Of a DNA stretch of 45,832 nt, positions 1-10,000 are shown in pieces. The stretch lies in assembly GCA_024404235.1 (NCBI GenBank), contig JAKSQF010000001.1:1-45832 (forward strand). Reading direction: 5' to 3'. Under the pieces are notes generated by a model, which saw only the letters and a program-made list of their open reading frames with translations, had not been told where the DNA came from and did not search any database. Each line of letters opens with the position of its first letter. Position 1 is the first letter of the stretch. The DNA is from Clostridia bacterium (GTDB lineage: Bacteria; Bacillota; Clostridia; Oscillospirales; Acutalibacteraceae). Both the position numbers and the translations under genes were made by a program.

Positions 1-2048
1 AGATCAATGGCCGTGGAAATAGCACTGGAGGTAGAAAGCTGCAAACGCAGATGGTTCCAGCCGGCATGGAGGTTCAGTCTTGCCGGATTCCAGTTGATTT
101 CGTTCAAATCCGACTGACCGGAGCTGGTCAATTCGATCTGACCTTCGGTGCAGAAGCCGTCAACACTATTGCTGTCCTCAGTATTTTCAACGTAGATGCT
201 CATCAAAAGATAGAGATCTTCCTTCGGGAAACGGGAAGCATTGATGCTGAAGCTGTTATTGCTGTAAGAGAAGGTGCCGGTGCCCGTCCAATCCTTTTCG
301 CCCGGAATATTCCAAGAAGTTTCCGGTTCGGGTTCTACATAAACGGCTTTGACATTATCGACCTTATAAGTCGTTCTTTCCGGCACAGAAGTGTTGGCGG
401 AATTGACCGTAACGTACATAGCGACCGAGGTGATAGTGGCCAAATTAACGTTGGTTGCCTTGGTCAAATCAGCCGAAAGCCGGTACCAGTTATGTCCCAG
501 TGCCGAAACTTCCATATTGGCGTAACCGATAGTAGCCGTATTGGTGCCGTCGCTGATTTCCAGCTTGATTTCAGAAGCGTAGGCCGATTCGATTGCATTC
601 CAGATATCGGTCATTCCGCTGTTCTCCATATTAAAGAGATCCCACTGAATACGATTATAGCCCGACAGATTGAGGGCGGTTTCCGGAGTATAGGTCAAGC
701 GGCGCAGTGCACCGTAACCGGCCGTCATCAAGATAGCCTTGCCGGTGTAACCCGCATTACTGACGTTAATGCCGCCGTTACCGGAATAGACCCAACCGTC
801 TGCGCTTTCGCATTCGGAAATGATGGTGTCTTCCGTGGGTACGGCAGGATGATCGGGCGTTGTGCCCACATAGGTTGCTTTCAGGTTATCTACCTTATAG
901 GTAACGCCCGACGGCAAAGAAGTATTGGCGGAATTAACAGTAACGTACATAGCGACCGAGGTGACAGCCGAAAGGTTGACGCCGGCAGCCTTGGTCAAAT
1001 CAGCCGAAAGCTCATACCAGTTATGTCCCAATGCCGTGGTTTCCATATCGGAAAAACCGATGGTGGCCGTATGGGTGCCATCGCTGACTTCCAACTTGAT
1101 TTGCGAAGAGTAAGCCGCAATAAGGTCTTCCCAAATATCGGTCATATCGCCGTTTTTCATATTGAAAAGATCCCAGGTAATACGATTATAAGCCGACAAA
1201 TCGACGGCCGTTTCCGGCGTATAGGTCAGGCGGCGCAATGCACCGTAGCCGGTGTTCATCAAAATGGCTTTTCCGGTGTAACCGGCGTTGCTGACGTTGA
1301 TGCCGCCGTTACCGGCATAGTTCCAACCGTCTGCACTTTCACAGTCGGAAAGAACAAAATCCTCGACCGGCGTTTCGGGATCGGCAGGATCTTCCGGATC
1401 TTCGGGTTCTTCCGGCGGGGTGACGACCGTTTTGGTGGCTTTAATGTTATCCAAACGAATGAAGCCGTTGTCCACCGTGGTGTTGACGGCGCCATCAACC
1501 GTAGAGAAGTAGAAAGCGGTCAGCTGAGTAGCATCAAATGTGCCGCCGATTTCGGAGGTATAATCATCAACCGTGGCGGTAAAGTGTACCCAGTTGGAAT
1601 TGGTGGTGCTGACAACCGAATTCAGTTTGGAAAAACGGTATACACGATAAGCACCGTTGGCAGAAACCAACTTTAAATAGAGGTTATTACCGTTATCGAC
1701 ATAGTTGGCAACGATCTGTTCCCACATGGTGCCTTCGGCGCCGTTTTTGGTTCTGCTGTAGAACATTGCATCCCATTCCACTGCAGTATAATCGGAAATA
1801 TCCAATGCAGCGGGCAGATTGTAGGTCAATGCGCGGTAGGCACCGTAATTGATATCACGGTGAATGGCACTGTTGGTGCCGTAACCGTTTACATTGACGG
1901 TAACACCGTTACCGCTGGTATTGACCCAGCCTTCGGTGGTGTCACAATCGGTGATGACCAGTTCCGTGGTTTCAGCCGAAGCAGTAACGGCAAAAAGCGT
2001 AAACAGCAATGCCGCCACCAAAAGGACTGATAAAATACGTTTGATCAT
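1..2048 (-). CDS. Secreted multi-module surface (glycan-binding-like) protein, C-terminal part cut off by the window edge; paralog of 2942..4885 and 4981..7008
   Basis: It is absent from the ORF track only because no stop codon lies inside the window. The minus-strand frame is open from ATG 2048..2046 (MIKRILSVLLVAALLFTLFAVTASAETTELVITDCDTTEGWVNTSGNG...) down to position 3. I checked the frame at 1500-1502 (..FYFSTVDG..) and 132-134 (..GQIELTSSGQSD..). AGGAGAG lies at 2055-2061, 6 nt from the ATG. It has a signal peptide and aligns residue for residue with the N termini of the two paralogs. The ATG overlaps the TGA of the upstream esterase fragment (ATGA, 2045-2048). The + ORF 51..1676 is its antisense shadow. 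Confidence 0.85.
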   Translation of the reverse strand, partial: MIKRILSVLLVAALLFTLFAVTASAETTELVITDCDTTEGWVNTSGNGVTVNVNGYGTNSAIHRDINYGAYRALTYNLPAALDISDYTAVEWDAMFYSRTKNGAEGTMWEQIVANYVDNGNNLYLKLVSANGAYRVYRFSKLNSVVSTTNSNWVHFTATVDDYTSEIGGTFDATQLTAFYFSTVDGAVNTTVDNGFIRLDNIKATKTVVTPPEEPEDPEDPADPETPVEDFVLSDCESADGWNYAGNGGINVSNAGYTGKAILMNTGYGALRRLTYTPETAVDLSAYNRITWDLFNMKNGDMTDIWEDLIAAYSSQIKLEVSDGTHTATIGFSDMETTALGHNWYELSADLTKAAGVNLSAVTSVAMYVTVNSANTSLPSGVTYKVDNLKATYVGTTPDHPAVPTEDTIISECESADGWVYSGNGGINVSNAGYTGKAILMTAGYGALRRLTYTPETALNLSGYNRIQWDLFNMENSGMTDIWNAIESAYASEIKLEISDGTNTATIGYANMEVSALGHNWYRLSADLTKATNVNLATITSVAMYVTVNSANTSVPERTTYKVDNVKAVYVEPEPETSWNIPGEKDWTGTGTFSYSNNSFSINASRFPKEDLYLLMSIYVENTEDSNSVDGFCTEGQIELTSSGQSDLNEINWNPARLNLHAGWNHLRLQLSTSSAISTAID
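345..1365 (-). repeat. Internal tandem duplication, two ~531-bp (177-aa) units, inside the partial surface-protein gene
   Basis: The stretch ttggcggaatt..aacgtacatagcgaccgaggtga..cttggtcaaatcagccgaaagc..ccagttatgtccca at 394-500 recurs at 925-1031, an offset of exactly 531 nt. I estimate 75-80% identity by eye. Each unit encodes one SDCESADGW...YKVDN(L/V)KA module. Confidence 0.8.
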
Positions 2049-2893
2049 AGCGTTCTCTCCTTTGGGGTTTTCAGGATTTCTTTTAAGAAGCGAATGGAAT
2101 GTGCGATCCATTCGGCATTACACGCCGCAAGAGGATCGACCTTGCGGTTCGTTTCATCATCTACCGTAGACATTCCGTGAATGCCGCACGGGTAAATATG
2201 CATCTCATACGGCACGTTATGTCGTGCCAACGCCTCGGCGTAGACCAAAGAATTTGCAACCGGGACGTTTTCATCGGCCGCTGTAGACCAAATAAAGGTG
2301 GGCGGCGTATTGGCAGTAACCAACTTTTCGGTTGAAAAATCGGCCGCCGTTTCATCGGTCGGAAATTGACCCAACAGATATTTAAAACTGTTTCGGTGTG
2401 CGATTGCGGGATCTGTTGAAACGACCGGATAGCACAGTACACAAGCCTGCGGCAAAAACGCTTGCGACACCACGGTGGTGACGGCCGGCGTATGACAGGC
2501 ATTTACGTAGTGTGACACCTATTGTCCCCCGGCCGAAAAGCCCATAATGGCAATTTTCAGCGAATCACACTGTAATCGAGAAGCGTTTTCCAAAATCCAG
2601 CGAAGGGCAACCGCAACCTCCCGCAGTTGTGCGGGATAGCGATTCGGCTCGACCGAGTATTCCAGCACGAACACCGAAAAACCGGCCGCAAGATAGTGAA
2701 AGGCTACCGGTTCTTCTTCATATTTACTGCAGAAAAGATAAGCACCGCCGGGACAAATCAAAATTGCGGGACGCAGTTGATTTTCCTTTGAAGCGGGAGC
2801 TACCGTTGAGCTGTAAATATGCAGAAGCGGATCGCGCCCGTTTTCGCCGAGCATCGGCTCAAACGTTTTTAAATGAATAACCTGATGTTCCAT
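2045..2893 (-). pseudogene. Alpha/beta-hydrolase (esterase/lipase-type, GFSAGG nucleophile elbow) interrupted by an in-frame TAG
   Basis: ORFs 2519..2893 and 2045..2518 are contiguous and in the same frame: ...KIAIMGFSAGGQ-TAG(2521..2519)-GTG(2518..2516)SHYVNACH.... The N fragment carries the G-x-S-x-G serine. The C fragment carries the likely Asp (STAADENVP) and His (YPCGIHGM) of the triad. AGGAG RBS lies upstream of ATG 2893. Confidence 0.7.
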
Positions 2894-2903
2894 TTTTGCT
2901 CCT

Positions 2904-2936
2904 AAAGCCCGGATAATGAAGCATTATCCGGGCTTT
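2904..2936 (-). terminator. Hairpin between the dockerin-protein gene and the esterase gene (weak or partial terminator)
   Basis: aaagcccggataatg / cattatccgggcttt forms a 15-bp perfect stem with a 3-nt loop. On the minus strand only TTT follows before the esterase RBS. The U-tract is better on the + strand, where there is no gene. Confidence 0.45.
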
Positions 2937-2941
2937 TGTTT

Positions 2942-4885
2942 TTACGGTTTGACCGTTTCGCTCCAACCGAGGTTGGACAGGAACGGCACAACGTCAATTT
3001 CGCCGGTCAGAATGTAATGCTGTAAAGCAACCACATCGGCAGCGTTAATGGCGTTGTCTTCATCCATATCCATTGCGGCAACCGCCATTGTAACGGCCTC
3101 GCCGCCGTTATAACGCTTTAAGCGAATTAAGTCGCGAACATCGACCGTACCGTCACCGTTGGCGTCACCTGCGATCGCCGGATCGCTGACAAGAGCCGAC
3201 AGATCGTCCACGCGCAGGTTGGAGTTTGCAAGTTCTGTGTTGCCCGTGCCGGAAACGAAGAAGGTGACCGAAACGATTTTGGAAAGATCCAAGGTATTTG
3301 CACGGTTCAGTTCCAAAGAAACCGCATACCAGCCGGCAGTTTCCGTCGGAACGACCGACATTGCCGAAAGCGGATAAGCGTATTTTTCGCCATTGGCATC
3401 AGCCAAGGTAACCGTAAAGGCATCGCCGTAGGAAACAAGGTTTGCAAAGGTATCATCGGCAGCGCCGGCCTTTAAGGCACGAATCTTGAAGCCGAAATAG
3501 TTATAACGGCTGAGGTTTACAGCCGAATCAAAGGTATAAGCAAGCGGCCAAGCAATGCGGGAGTTCGGTGCATAAGCCTGAACCGCACCGCCCTTATAAC
3601 CGTTGGCGTTATAACTTAAGTTGCCGCTGCTTGCGTTACCGTTCAACGTCCAACCGGCAGTATTGCCGCCGTTATTATCGACGAGGACGGTATCGGAAAT
3701 GCGGGCATATTCAATGCCGTTCGGTACGACTTCCAAATCGGTAGCGACCATATTATCCAGCTTATAAATGGTGTTGTCAACGGTGCTGTCTACCCCGGCC
3801 GTGCTGACGTAGATGGAAATACCGGTAACAGCCGAAAGATCACATTTGGCATCGGCCAAGGATACCGCCATATGCCACCACACAGCGTTGGTTTCGGTGA
3901 TCTGCCAATCGGTCAGAGCGAATTTGTCGGTCGTGGTGCCGTCGGTGACTTCGAAACCGATCAAATCGGTATAAGCATCGGCAATAATGGCGAACTGATC
4001 GGTAATGACCCCTGTTTTCAAAGCGGCCATATCCCACTCAATAGCCGAATAATCGCTGAGGTTCAAAGCGGCAGACGGCGTATAGGTCAGTTTACGCAAC
4101 GCACCGTAACCGGTGTTCATCAAAATGGCGTTTCCGGTAAAACCTGAACTGCTGACGTTGACACCGCCGTTCCCGGCATAGGTCCAATTGGTTTCACCTT
4201 CGCAATCGGAAATTACAACCGGTTCTTTTGCGGGAGCGGTAAACCCGGTAGCGACAATGTTATCCAAACGGATGAAGCCATTATCCACCGTGGTATTAAT
4301 TGCGCCGTCGACCGTAGAGAAGTAGAAAGCGGTCAGCTGAGTAGCATCAAAGGCGCCGCCGATTTCGGAGTTATAATCATCAATCGTGGCAGTAAAGTGT
4401 ACCCAGTTGGAATTGGTGGTGCTGACAACCGGATTCAACTTTGAATAACGGTATACACGGTAAGCACCGTTAGCGGAAGTCAGTTTTAAGTAGAGGTTAT
4501 TGCCGTTTTCGACATAGTTGGCAACGATCTGCTCCCACATAGAGCCGGCAGCACCGTTTTTGGTTTGGCTGTAGAACATCGCATCCCATTCGATGGCGGT
4601 GTAGTTGGAAATATCCATAGCCTCGGGCAGGTTGTAGGTCAATGCACGGTAGGCACCGTAATTGACCTGACGGTGAATGGCGCTGGTGGTGCCGTAACCG
4701 TTTGTGTTGACAGTAACTGCATTACCGCCGGTATTGACCCAGCCGGCGGTGGTATCACAATCGGTGATGACCAGCGGATCGGCATTTTCAGCAAAAGCAA
4801 CTACACCCGTAAGGCAGGTAACCAAAACCATACAACCGGCTAAAAGCACGGAAACAGCCTTTGAGAAAGAAAATCTGTTTTTCAT
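2942..4885 (-). CDS. Secreted three-module surface protein with C-terminal dockerin
   Basis: 647 aa with a signal peptide (MKNRFSFSKAVSVLLAGCMVLVTCLTGVVAFA). It has three ~180-aa modules, each opening with an (I/V)(T/S)DC(D/E)...W-type motif and closing with an x(L/V)D(N/D) motif. GGGAGA RBS lies upstream and the stop is TAA. Confidence 0.92.
   Translation of the reverse strand: MKNRFSFSKAVSVLLAGCMVLVTCLTGVVAFAENADPLVITDCDTTAGWVNTGGNAVTVNTNGYGTTSAIHRQVNYGAYRALTYNLPEAMDISNYTAIEWDAMFYSQTKNGAAGSMWEQIVANYVENGNNLYLKLTSANGAYRVYRYSKLNPVVSTTNSNWVHFTATIDDYNSEIGGAFDATQLTAFYFSTVDGAINTTVDNGFIRLDNIVATGFTAPAKEPVVISDCEGETNWTYAGNGGVNVSSSGFTGNAILMNTGYGALRKLTYTPSAALNLSDYSAIEWDMAALKTGVITDQFAIIADAYTDLIGFEVTDGTTTDKFALTDWQITETNAVWWHMAVSLADAKCDLSAVTGISIYVSTAGVDSTVDNTIYKLDNMVATDLEVVPNGIEYARISDTVLVDNNGGNTAGWTLNGNASSGNLSYNANGYKGGAVQAYAPNSRIAWPLAYTFDSAVNLSRYNYFGFKIRALKAGAADDTFANLVSYGDAFTVTLADANGEKYAYPLSAMSVVPTETAGWYAVSLELNRANTLDLSKIVSVTFFVSGTGNTELANSNLRVDDLSALVSDPAIAGDANGDGTVDVRDLIRLKRYNGGEAVTMAVAAMDMDEDNAINAADVVALQHYILTGEIDVVPFLSNLGWSETVKP
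2999..3166 (-). other. Dockerin module (two Ca-binding repeats)
   Basis: DANGDGTVDVRDLIRLKRY ... DMDEDNAINAADVVALQHYIL shows the duplicated EF-hand-like D-x-N/D-x-D-G/N...D pattern typical of type I dockerins. Confidence 0.85.
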
Positions 4886-4907
4886 AGAAGGATCTCCCTT
4901 TTTACCG

Positions 4908-4939
4908 TCGGTCGGAATCCGATTACGGGTTCCGACCGA
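4908..4939 (-). other. Intergenic stem-loop between paralog genes (function unclear)
   Basis: tcggtcggaa / ttccgaccga forms a 10-bp stem, with inner ccg/cgg pairing possible. No U-tract follows on the minus strand; the RBS of gene 2942..4885 follows instead. Confidence 0.3.
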
Positions 4940-4980
4940 GTCGGCATATTATTGAAACAGAGATATTGATTTTTGAAAAA

Positions 4981-7008
4981 TTATTTTACTGCCTTGACAG
5001 CACCGCTGACGGTATTGCCGTCAACCGTAACAAGACCCTGTGCGATAACAGAGGTTGCAGACTGGATATTACCGATTTCAAGAATGGCAACATAGGTGCA
5101 GCCCAAAGATTCGGCAGTAACAAGCGTTCCGTTGTTATAGAAGGAGTCATATACGCAGTCAACGTCGATCGTTTCGGCAACGCCGTCAACGACGACCTTG
5201 AAGCTGACCTGCTCGTAAGCTTCGATTTCTTCCGCAGAAGCGGTCAGTTTCATGATCAGGCGGGTTTCGCCATTACGGGTCTGCTTACCGATGACCAAAT
5301 CGCCAATCGGGTTTTCAACCAAAGCAGTCAGATCGTCAATACGAACGTTGGCATTGACCAGTGCGGTATTATTGCTGCCGCCGGTCAGCCAAGTGATGGA
5401 TTTAACGTTTGCAAGATCAATGGAAGAAGCCTTTGCAAGATCCAAAACAAAGGTATTCCAACCGGCAGTAGCCGTCGGAACAATGGACATTGCAGAAAGC
5501 GGATAGGTTGCCTTGGCACCGTTTACATCAGCAATCGTAACGGTGAAGTTGCTGCCGTAACGAAGCATTTGATCCAAAACATCGTCGGCAGAACCGGCCT
5601 TCAATGCACGCATCTTAAAGGTAAAGTAACCGTGGCGGCTGAGGTTGGCCGGAGTATCAAAGGTGTAAGCAAGCGGCCAGGCAATGCGAGCATACGGGGC
5701 ATAAGCCTGAACAGCACCGCCGGTATAACCGTTAGCGGTATAGCTTAAGTTGCCGCTGGCGGGATTGCCGTTCAAAGACCAACCGTCTTTGGTGGAGCAA
5801 TCGTTTAAAACCTTATCGGTAAGCTTTGCGTAGTTATAGCCGTTCGGCACAACTTCCAAATCGGAAGCAACGAAATTATCCATTTTGTAAGTGGTGTTGG
5901 CAACGGTGTTGTCTACACCGGCTGTGCTGACATAAACGGCAATGCCGGTAACAGCCGAAAGATCACACTTGGCATCAGTAAGAGATACGGCCATGTGCCA
6001 CCAAACGGAGTTGGTTTTGGTGATTTGCCAATCGGTCAAAACAAATTTGTCGGTCGTGGTGCCGTCGGTAACGTCAAAACCGATCAAATCTGTATAAGCT
6101 TCGGCAACCACGGCAAACTGATCTTTTAAATCGTCTGCCTTAAGGGCAGCCATATCCCATTCGATCGCAGAGAAGGTGCTTAAATCCAAAGCGGCGGCGG
6201 GCGTATAGGTCAACTTGCGCAGTGCACCGTAGCCGGTGTTCAACAAAATTGCTTTGCCGGTAAAGCCGGCGTTGCTGACGTTGACACCGCCGTTGCCCGA
6301 ATAAACCCAACCGGTTGCACTTTCACATTCGGAAATAGTCGGGTCAGCTTCGGAAACATCGGAATAGCCGGTAGCAAAGATGTTATCCAAACGGATGAAG
6401 CCGTTATCGATTGTGGTGTTGACCGTATTGTCGGTAGTGGAGAAATAGAAGCCGGTCAGCTTAGTAGCGTCAAAAGAACCGTTTTCCGAAGAGAAATCAT
6501 CAACGTTGGCAACAAAGTGTACCCAGTTGGAATTGGTGGTGCTGACAACCGGATTCAGTTTGGCATAACGGTATACGCGGTAAGCACCGTTTTCGGAAAT
6601 AAGCTTTAAGTAGAGGTTATTGCCGTTGTTGACATAGTTGGCAACGATCTGTTCCCACATGGTGCCTTCGGCGCCGTTCTTGGTTTGAGTGTAGAACATA
6701 GCGTCCCATTCAACTGCGGTGTAGTTGGAAATATCCAATGCTGCAGGCAGGTTGTAGGTCAATGCACGGTAGGCACCGTAATTGACCTGACGGTGAATGG
6801 CGCTGGTAGTGCCGTAACCGTTTGTGTTGACGGAAACTGCATTACCGCCGGTTTTTACCCAGCCATCGGTGGTATCACAATTGGTGATGACCAACGGATC
6901 GGTTCCTTCGGCAGAAGCGATCACAGTACCGGTGAAGCAGGCAACGGCGATCATACAAATCGCCAAAAGGGATGCGATCATTCTTGAAATTGCGAGTTTG
7001 TTTTTCAT
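4981..7008 (-). CDS. Secreted three-module surface protein, paralog of 2942..4885, with a non-dockerin C-terminal domain
   Basis: The ORF track extends to 7074. I prefer ATG 7008..7006, which is preceded by AGGAGG (7017-7022, 8-nt spacer) and gives a classic signal peptide (MKNKLAISRMIASLLAICMIAVACFTGTVIASA). The longer form would overlap the upstream gene. The C terminus is a ~110-aa beta-rich domain (..FKVVVDGVAETIDVDCVYD..) in place of a dockerin. Confidence 0.9.
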   Translation of the reverse strand: MKNKLAISRMIASLLAICMIAVACFTGTVIASAEGTDPLVITNCDTTDGWVKTGGNAVSVNTNGYGTTSAIHRQVNYGAYRALTYNLPAALDISNYTAVEWDAMFYTQTKNGAEGTMWEQIVANYVNNGNNLYLKLISENGAYRVYRYAKLNPVVSTTNSNWVHFVANVDDFSSENGSFDATKLTGFYFSTTDNTVNTTIDNGFIRLDNIFATGYSDVSEADPTISECESATGWVYSGNGGVNVSNAGFTGKAILLNTGYGALRKLTYTPAAALDLSTFSAIEWDMAALKADDLKDQFAVVAEAYTDLIGFDVTDGTTTDKFVLTDWQITKTNSVWWHMAVSLTDAKCDLSAVTGIAVYVSTAGVDNTVANTTYKMDNFVASDLEVVPNGYNYAKLTDKVLNDCSTKDGWSLNGNPASGNLSYTANGYTGGAVQAYAPYARIAWPLAYTFDTPANLSRHGYFTFKMRALKAGSADDVLDQMLRYGSNFTVTIADVNGAKATYPLSAMSIVPTATAGWNTFVLDLAKASSIDLANVKSITWLTGGSNNTALVNANVRIDDLTALVENPIGDLVIGKQTRNGETRLIMKLTASAEEIEAYEQVSFKVVVDGVAETIDVDCVYDSFYNNGTLVTAESLGCTYVAILEIGNIQSATSVIAQGLVTVDGNTVSGAVKAVK

Positions 7009-7021
7009 AAACTTTTCCTCC

Positions 7022-10000
7022 TTAAATCCACCAGCCAAACTTTTCCATGACCCTTTCACGGAATTCTTCCGCAAAAGAGAGGTGGTAGTTTGACGGTGCT
7101 ATATGCGACGATTTCGTTCTGATCAGATTGCCGATCAAACTTAATCGACCGCTATTGGCTAAAATGAAATGGGTGGGTCGTTCCGGCAACATTGCGCTGT
7201 AAAGACACATTGTTGCATCGCCGACCCGGGCGATATAATCGGTTTGCTCGAGATTGTAATAGAACAGTTGAGAAACGAGTAGCTTTCCACCGCTGACCAC
7301 AATGGAACAGTCCTTCGGATGCGACCACGCAACCATATTGAACTGGGCAAGCGTGCCCGTAACGGTGTCTTTCATCACGATATGGTGGACGTCCTCTTCC
7401 CCGATCATGGAAACCAGTTCGGAGTTGAGCATTACCACGCAATCCAGCTGATCTGCAACGAGGGCGTTTTGGCACCCGTCCGATCCGTGGCCGATGAAAA
7501 TACCGTTTGTTCCCTTTCCGTTCTGTGAGCGAAAGACCAGAACGTCCTTCGCACCGTATGCAAAAGTGCCTAAAACGTGTTCGGAAGCGTTATCGCCGAA
7601 GATCATCGCCTCCGAAACCGTATTGACCACGTTGTTAAGCAAGGCCTGATCAGTCAAATCCATATCGGAAATGAGGGCCCGCTTCCAATAGTGCGGATTA
7701 AACTGGACGTTTTCGACCCAGCCGTTACCGCTGTTGTTTCCGACGAAAATACCTCGCCGCAGCGGACTGCCGCTGACGTACTGAATATAGTGATTATCGG
7801 AAGGATAGGTGCCGAAATCCAACGCATTATAGGAATTGATAAAGACCGCGTTGATGGCCCAACAATCGGTATCGGCGCTTTGTACCGTCCACGAATACGG
7901 AATAAAGTCCGTAAAGCTTTGTTCGGGATAATAGAAGCTGATGCCGTTTACACCGGATTTCTTTTGTAACGTAATAAAGGGCGTGCCGTTTTCGTCATTT
8001 TTACCGACCGTGGTTCGGATGACTGATCCTGCCGAAACCGGATGGGTGGGCACATCGTAAATGCCACGTAATTCAACCCCGGTGGGTACCGTTAACGGGC
8101 TGTTGACGGTGTATTCACCGCCCGGAACGTAAACGATGCCGCCACCGTTCTTTTCCGCCGCCTGCAAGGCCGCGCGGAAAGCATCGGTGCAATCATGACC
8201 CGCCACCGCACCGAAATCGGTAACGTCAAAGACCGTTGTTTTGGCGGCGGTCGGTATGGCATTGCGATAGGTGTGGTGATAATCGGCCGATGGTAATGAG
8301 AGCGGATGATCGTCAAACTTGAATTTACTTTGTTTACCCGACGGACGGGAGATATCGGCAACCGACGGGAAGGTGCATCCAAGCACCGAAACCGCACCGG
8401 CCGTATTTTCCATACGAATATGGTGATCGGGCTGTGTAAAGGTACATTGCTGAAGGCTAAGCCCGCCGCTGACGACGTTTACGGCATAGCCGGAGGCGAC
8501 ACGACAGTTAAATACGGAATCGGTCACGGTGACCTTGCCGTCTTTGGTCGAGCGCAACACAAGCGGTGCGCCGCACTTCCCTTCTACCTGAAGGCGGGTG
8601 ATGTTGAAAGCCGAAATAAAGGCCGGTGAAAATTCCATTCCGACGGAGCAGTCACGAATGACCATATCGGTCAGCACATAGCCGATGGCGTTTGTATAGG
8701 TTACGTCAACAGCCGTATTACAGTTGGTGATTTCCACGCCGAGCATCTGACCGTTACTGCCGCGAACACGGTCGTTATCAGACGCATCAATATAACTTTC
8801 AAAGGCCATACCTCGATTGACGCCGTCAATCTTCAAACCGTAAACGTATTCCCAGTCGGAACGCTGGATATAAAGGCCGTCGGCATTTTGTCGGATGTAA
8901 TCCGAAATCTCTTTCGCCTTTTCGGCGGTGACGGGCATCAGCGCATTTTTCAACAGATACCGCGGCGAAACCGAAACGTTTTCCAGACGACCGATATCGG
9001 TCACGTTATTGATGCGAATCGCCTGCCCGATGGCCGAAATGTAAACGTTTTTCAGATAATGCAGTTCGCTCCAGGCGGTGGCGGCGTCAAAACCGACCGT
9101 AGCGCCCAAAATCGTAACGTTGCGCACCGTATAGCTGTCACTGCCGCCGGCAGGGGTTTGGGCAATGGTTGCGCTGTAGGGAGCAAAATCGCCGTTTGTG
9201 ACCGACGGATAAATGACCGTCATATTACAGAATCCGCCGCCCGTTTTCAGGCTGATAAACGGATCCATACATTCTTCGTAATTGCCGGTATTCACGACCA
9301 AAACCGTACCGCAACCTGCCGCCGGCTTTGTTTCGGGCGAAATCCATTCGCCCCGAAGGGTCACGGAGCTTGGAATGCTGAGCACCTGATCGCAACGGTA
9401 GACCCCCTCCGGCAGATAGACGGTGCCACCGCCTGCCATTTTGGCCGCATTCAACGCACGCTGAATGGACGGAGTAGCATTGCTGTTTCGGTTGACGGGC
9501 GCCTTGAAATCACGCACTGCATCGTAGATAGCAACGCACAAACCGTCGCCGGTATCGTATTTTACGGGGACCGTATAGGGTTTGCCCGCAGGATGAATGC
9601 CGGTATCCTTTGCAGGATTTTCGGCAACAGTTGTATCCGGAATTTGATTTAATCCTTTCAATGAAACCTCCGTTTCCTTTGCCGCTGCCGCCACAAACAA
9701 CGTGGACACGTCAAAGCAATACCCACCGCAGTAGGAATCGTCATAAGAATAGATCCATTCACCGACCCCCGTATCCGAACGGGTACCGTACACAAACGCA
9801 CGGATTGCGACCTTTTTTATATCGGAAAAGTCATTCTTTGTGAACGTTGCCGCCAAAAGATAGTTTTGTGCGTTGTCGGGATCTAAATAAAGTTTTTCAC
9901 TGAGGGTCGTTCGGTAATTTAACGGGCCGTCCAGCGTGAGTGCCAAATCGGCATAGCGTTCGGCATCGGCATATATAAAGCCGTATGAAATTTTGGTATG

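Noticed and set aside
51-1676. A 541-aa + strand ORF. There are similar long + strand ORFs at 4966..5748, 8888..9652, 10819..12186, 15466..16710, 30026..31177, 31184..32557, 33917..34414, 35291..36040, 36835..38589 and 40735..41334.
   Set aside because: All lie antisense to minus-strand genes with clear homology motifs, signal peptides and RBSs. Their translations are low-complexity (rich in G/R/I/V), have no recognisable motifs and lack RBSs. They are shadow ORFs typical of this codon bias, and repeated coding sequence reinforces the effect.
2519-2521. In-frame TAG as programmed recoding (pyrrolysine, or an alternative genetic code).
   Set aside because: TAG terminates gene 21404..23569 normally. 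No pyl genes or PYLIS-like context is visible. A single-step nonsense mutation, or a sequencing error, is the simpler explanation. I kept it as a pseudogene or split-gene finding instead.
7009-7074. N-terminal extensions of the longest ORFs (7074 for the 697-aa ORF, 28313 for the SBP, 42543 for GH38, 42627 for the oxidoreductase).
   Set aside because: The extensions either overlap the preceding gene or fall inside predicted -35/-10 elements. They lack RBSs and encode non-signal, low-plausibility peptides. Internal starts with an RBS give canonical N termini.
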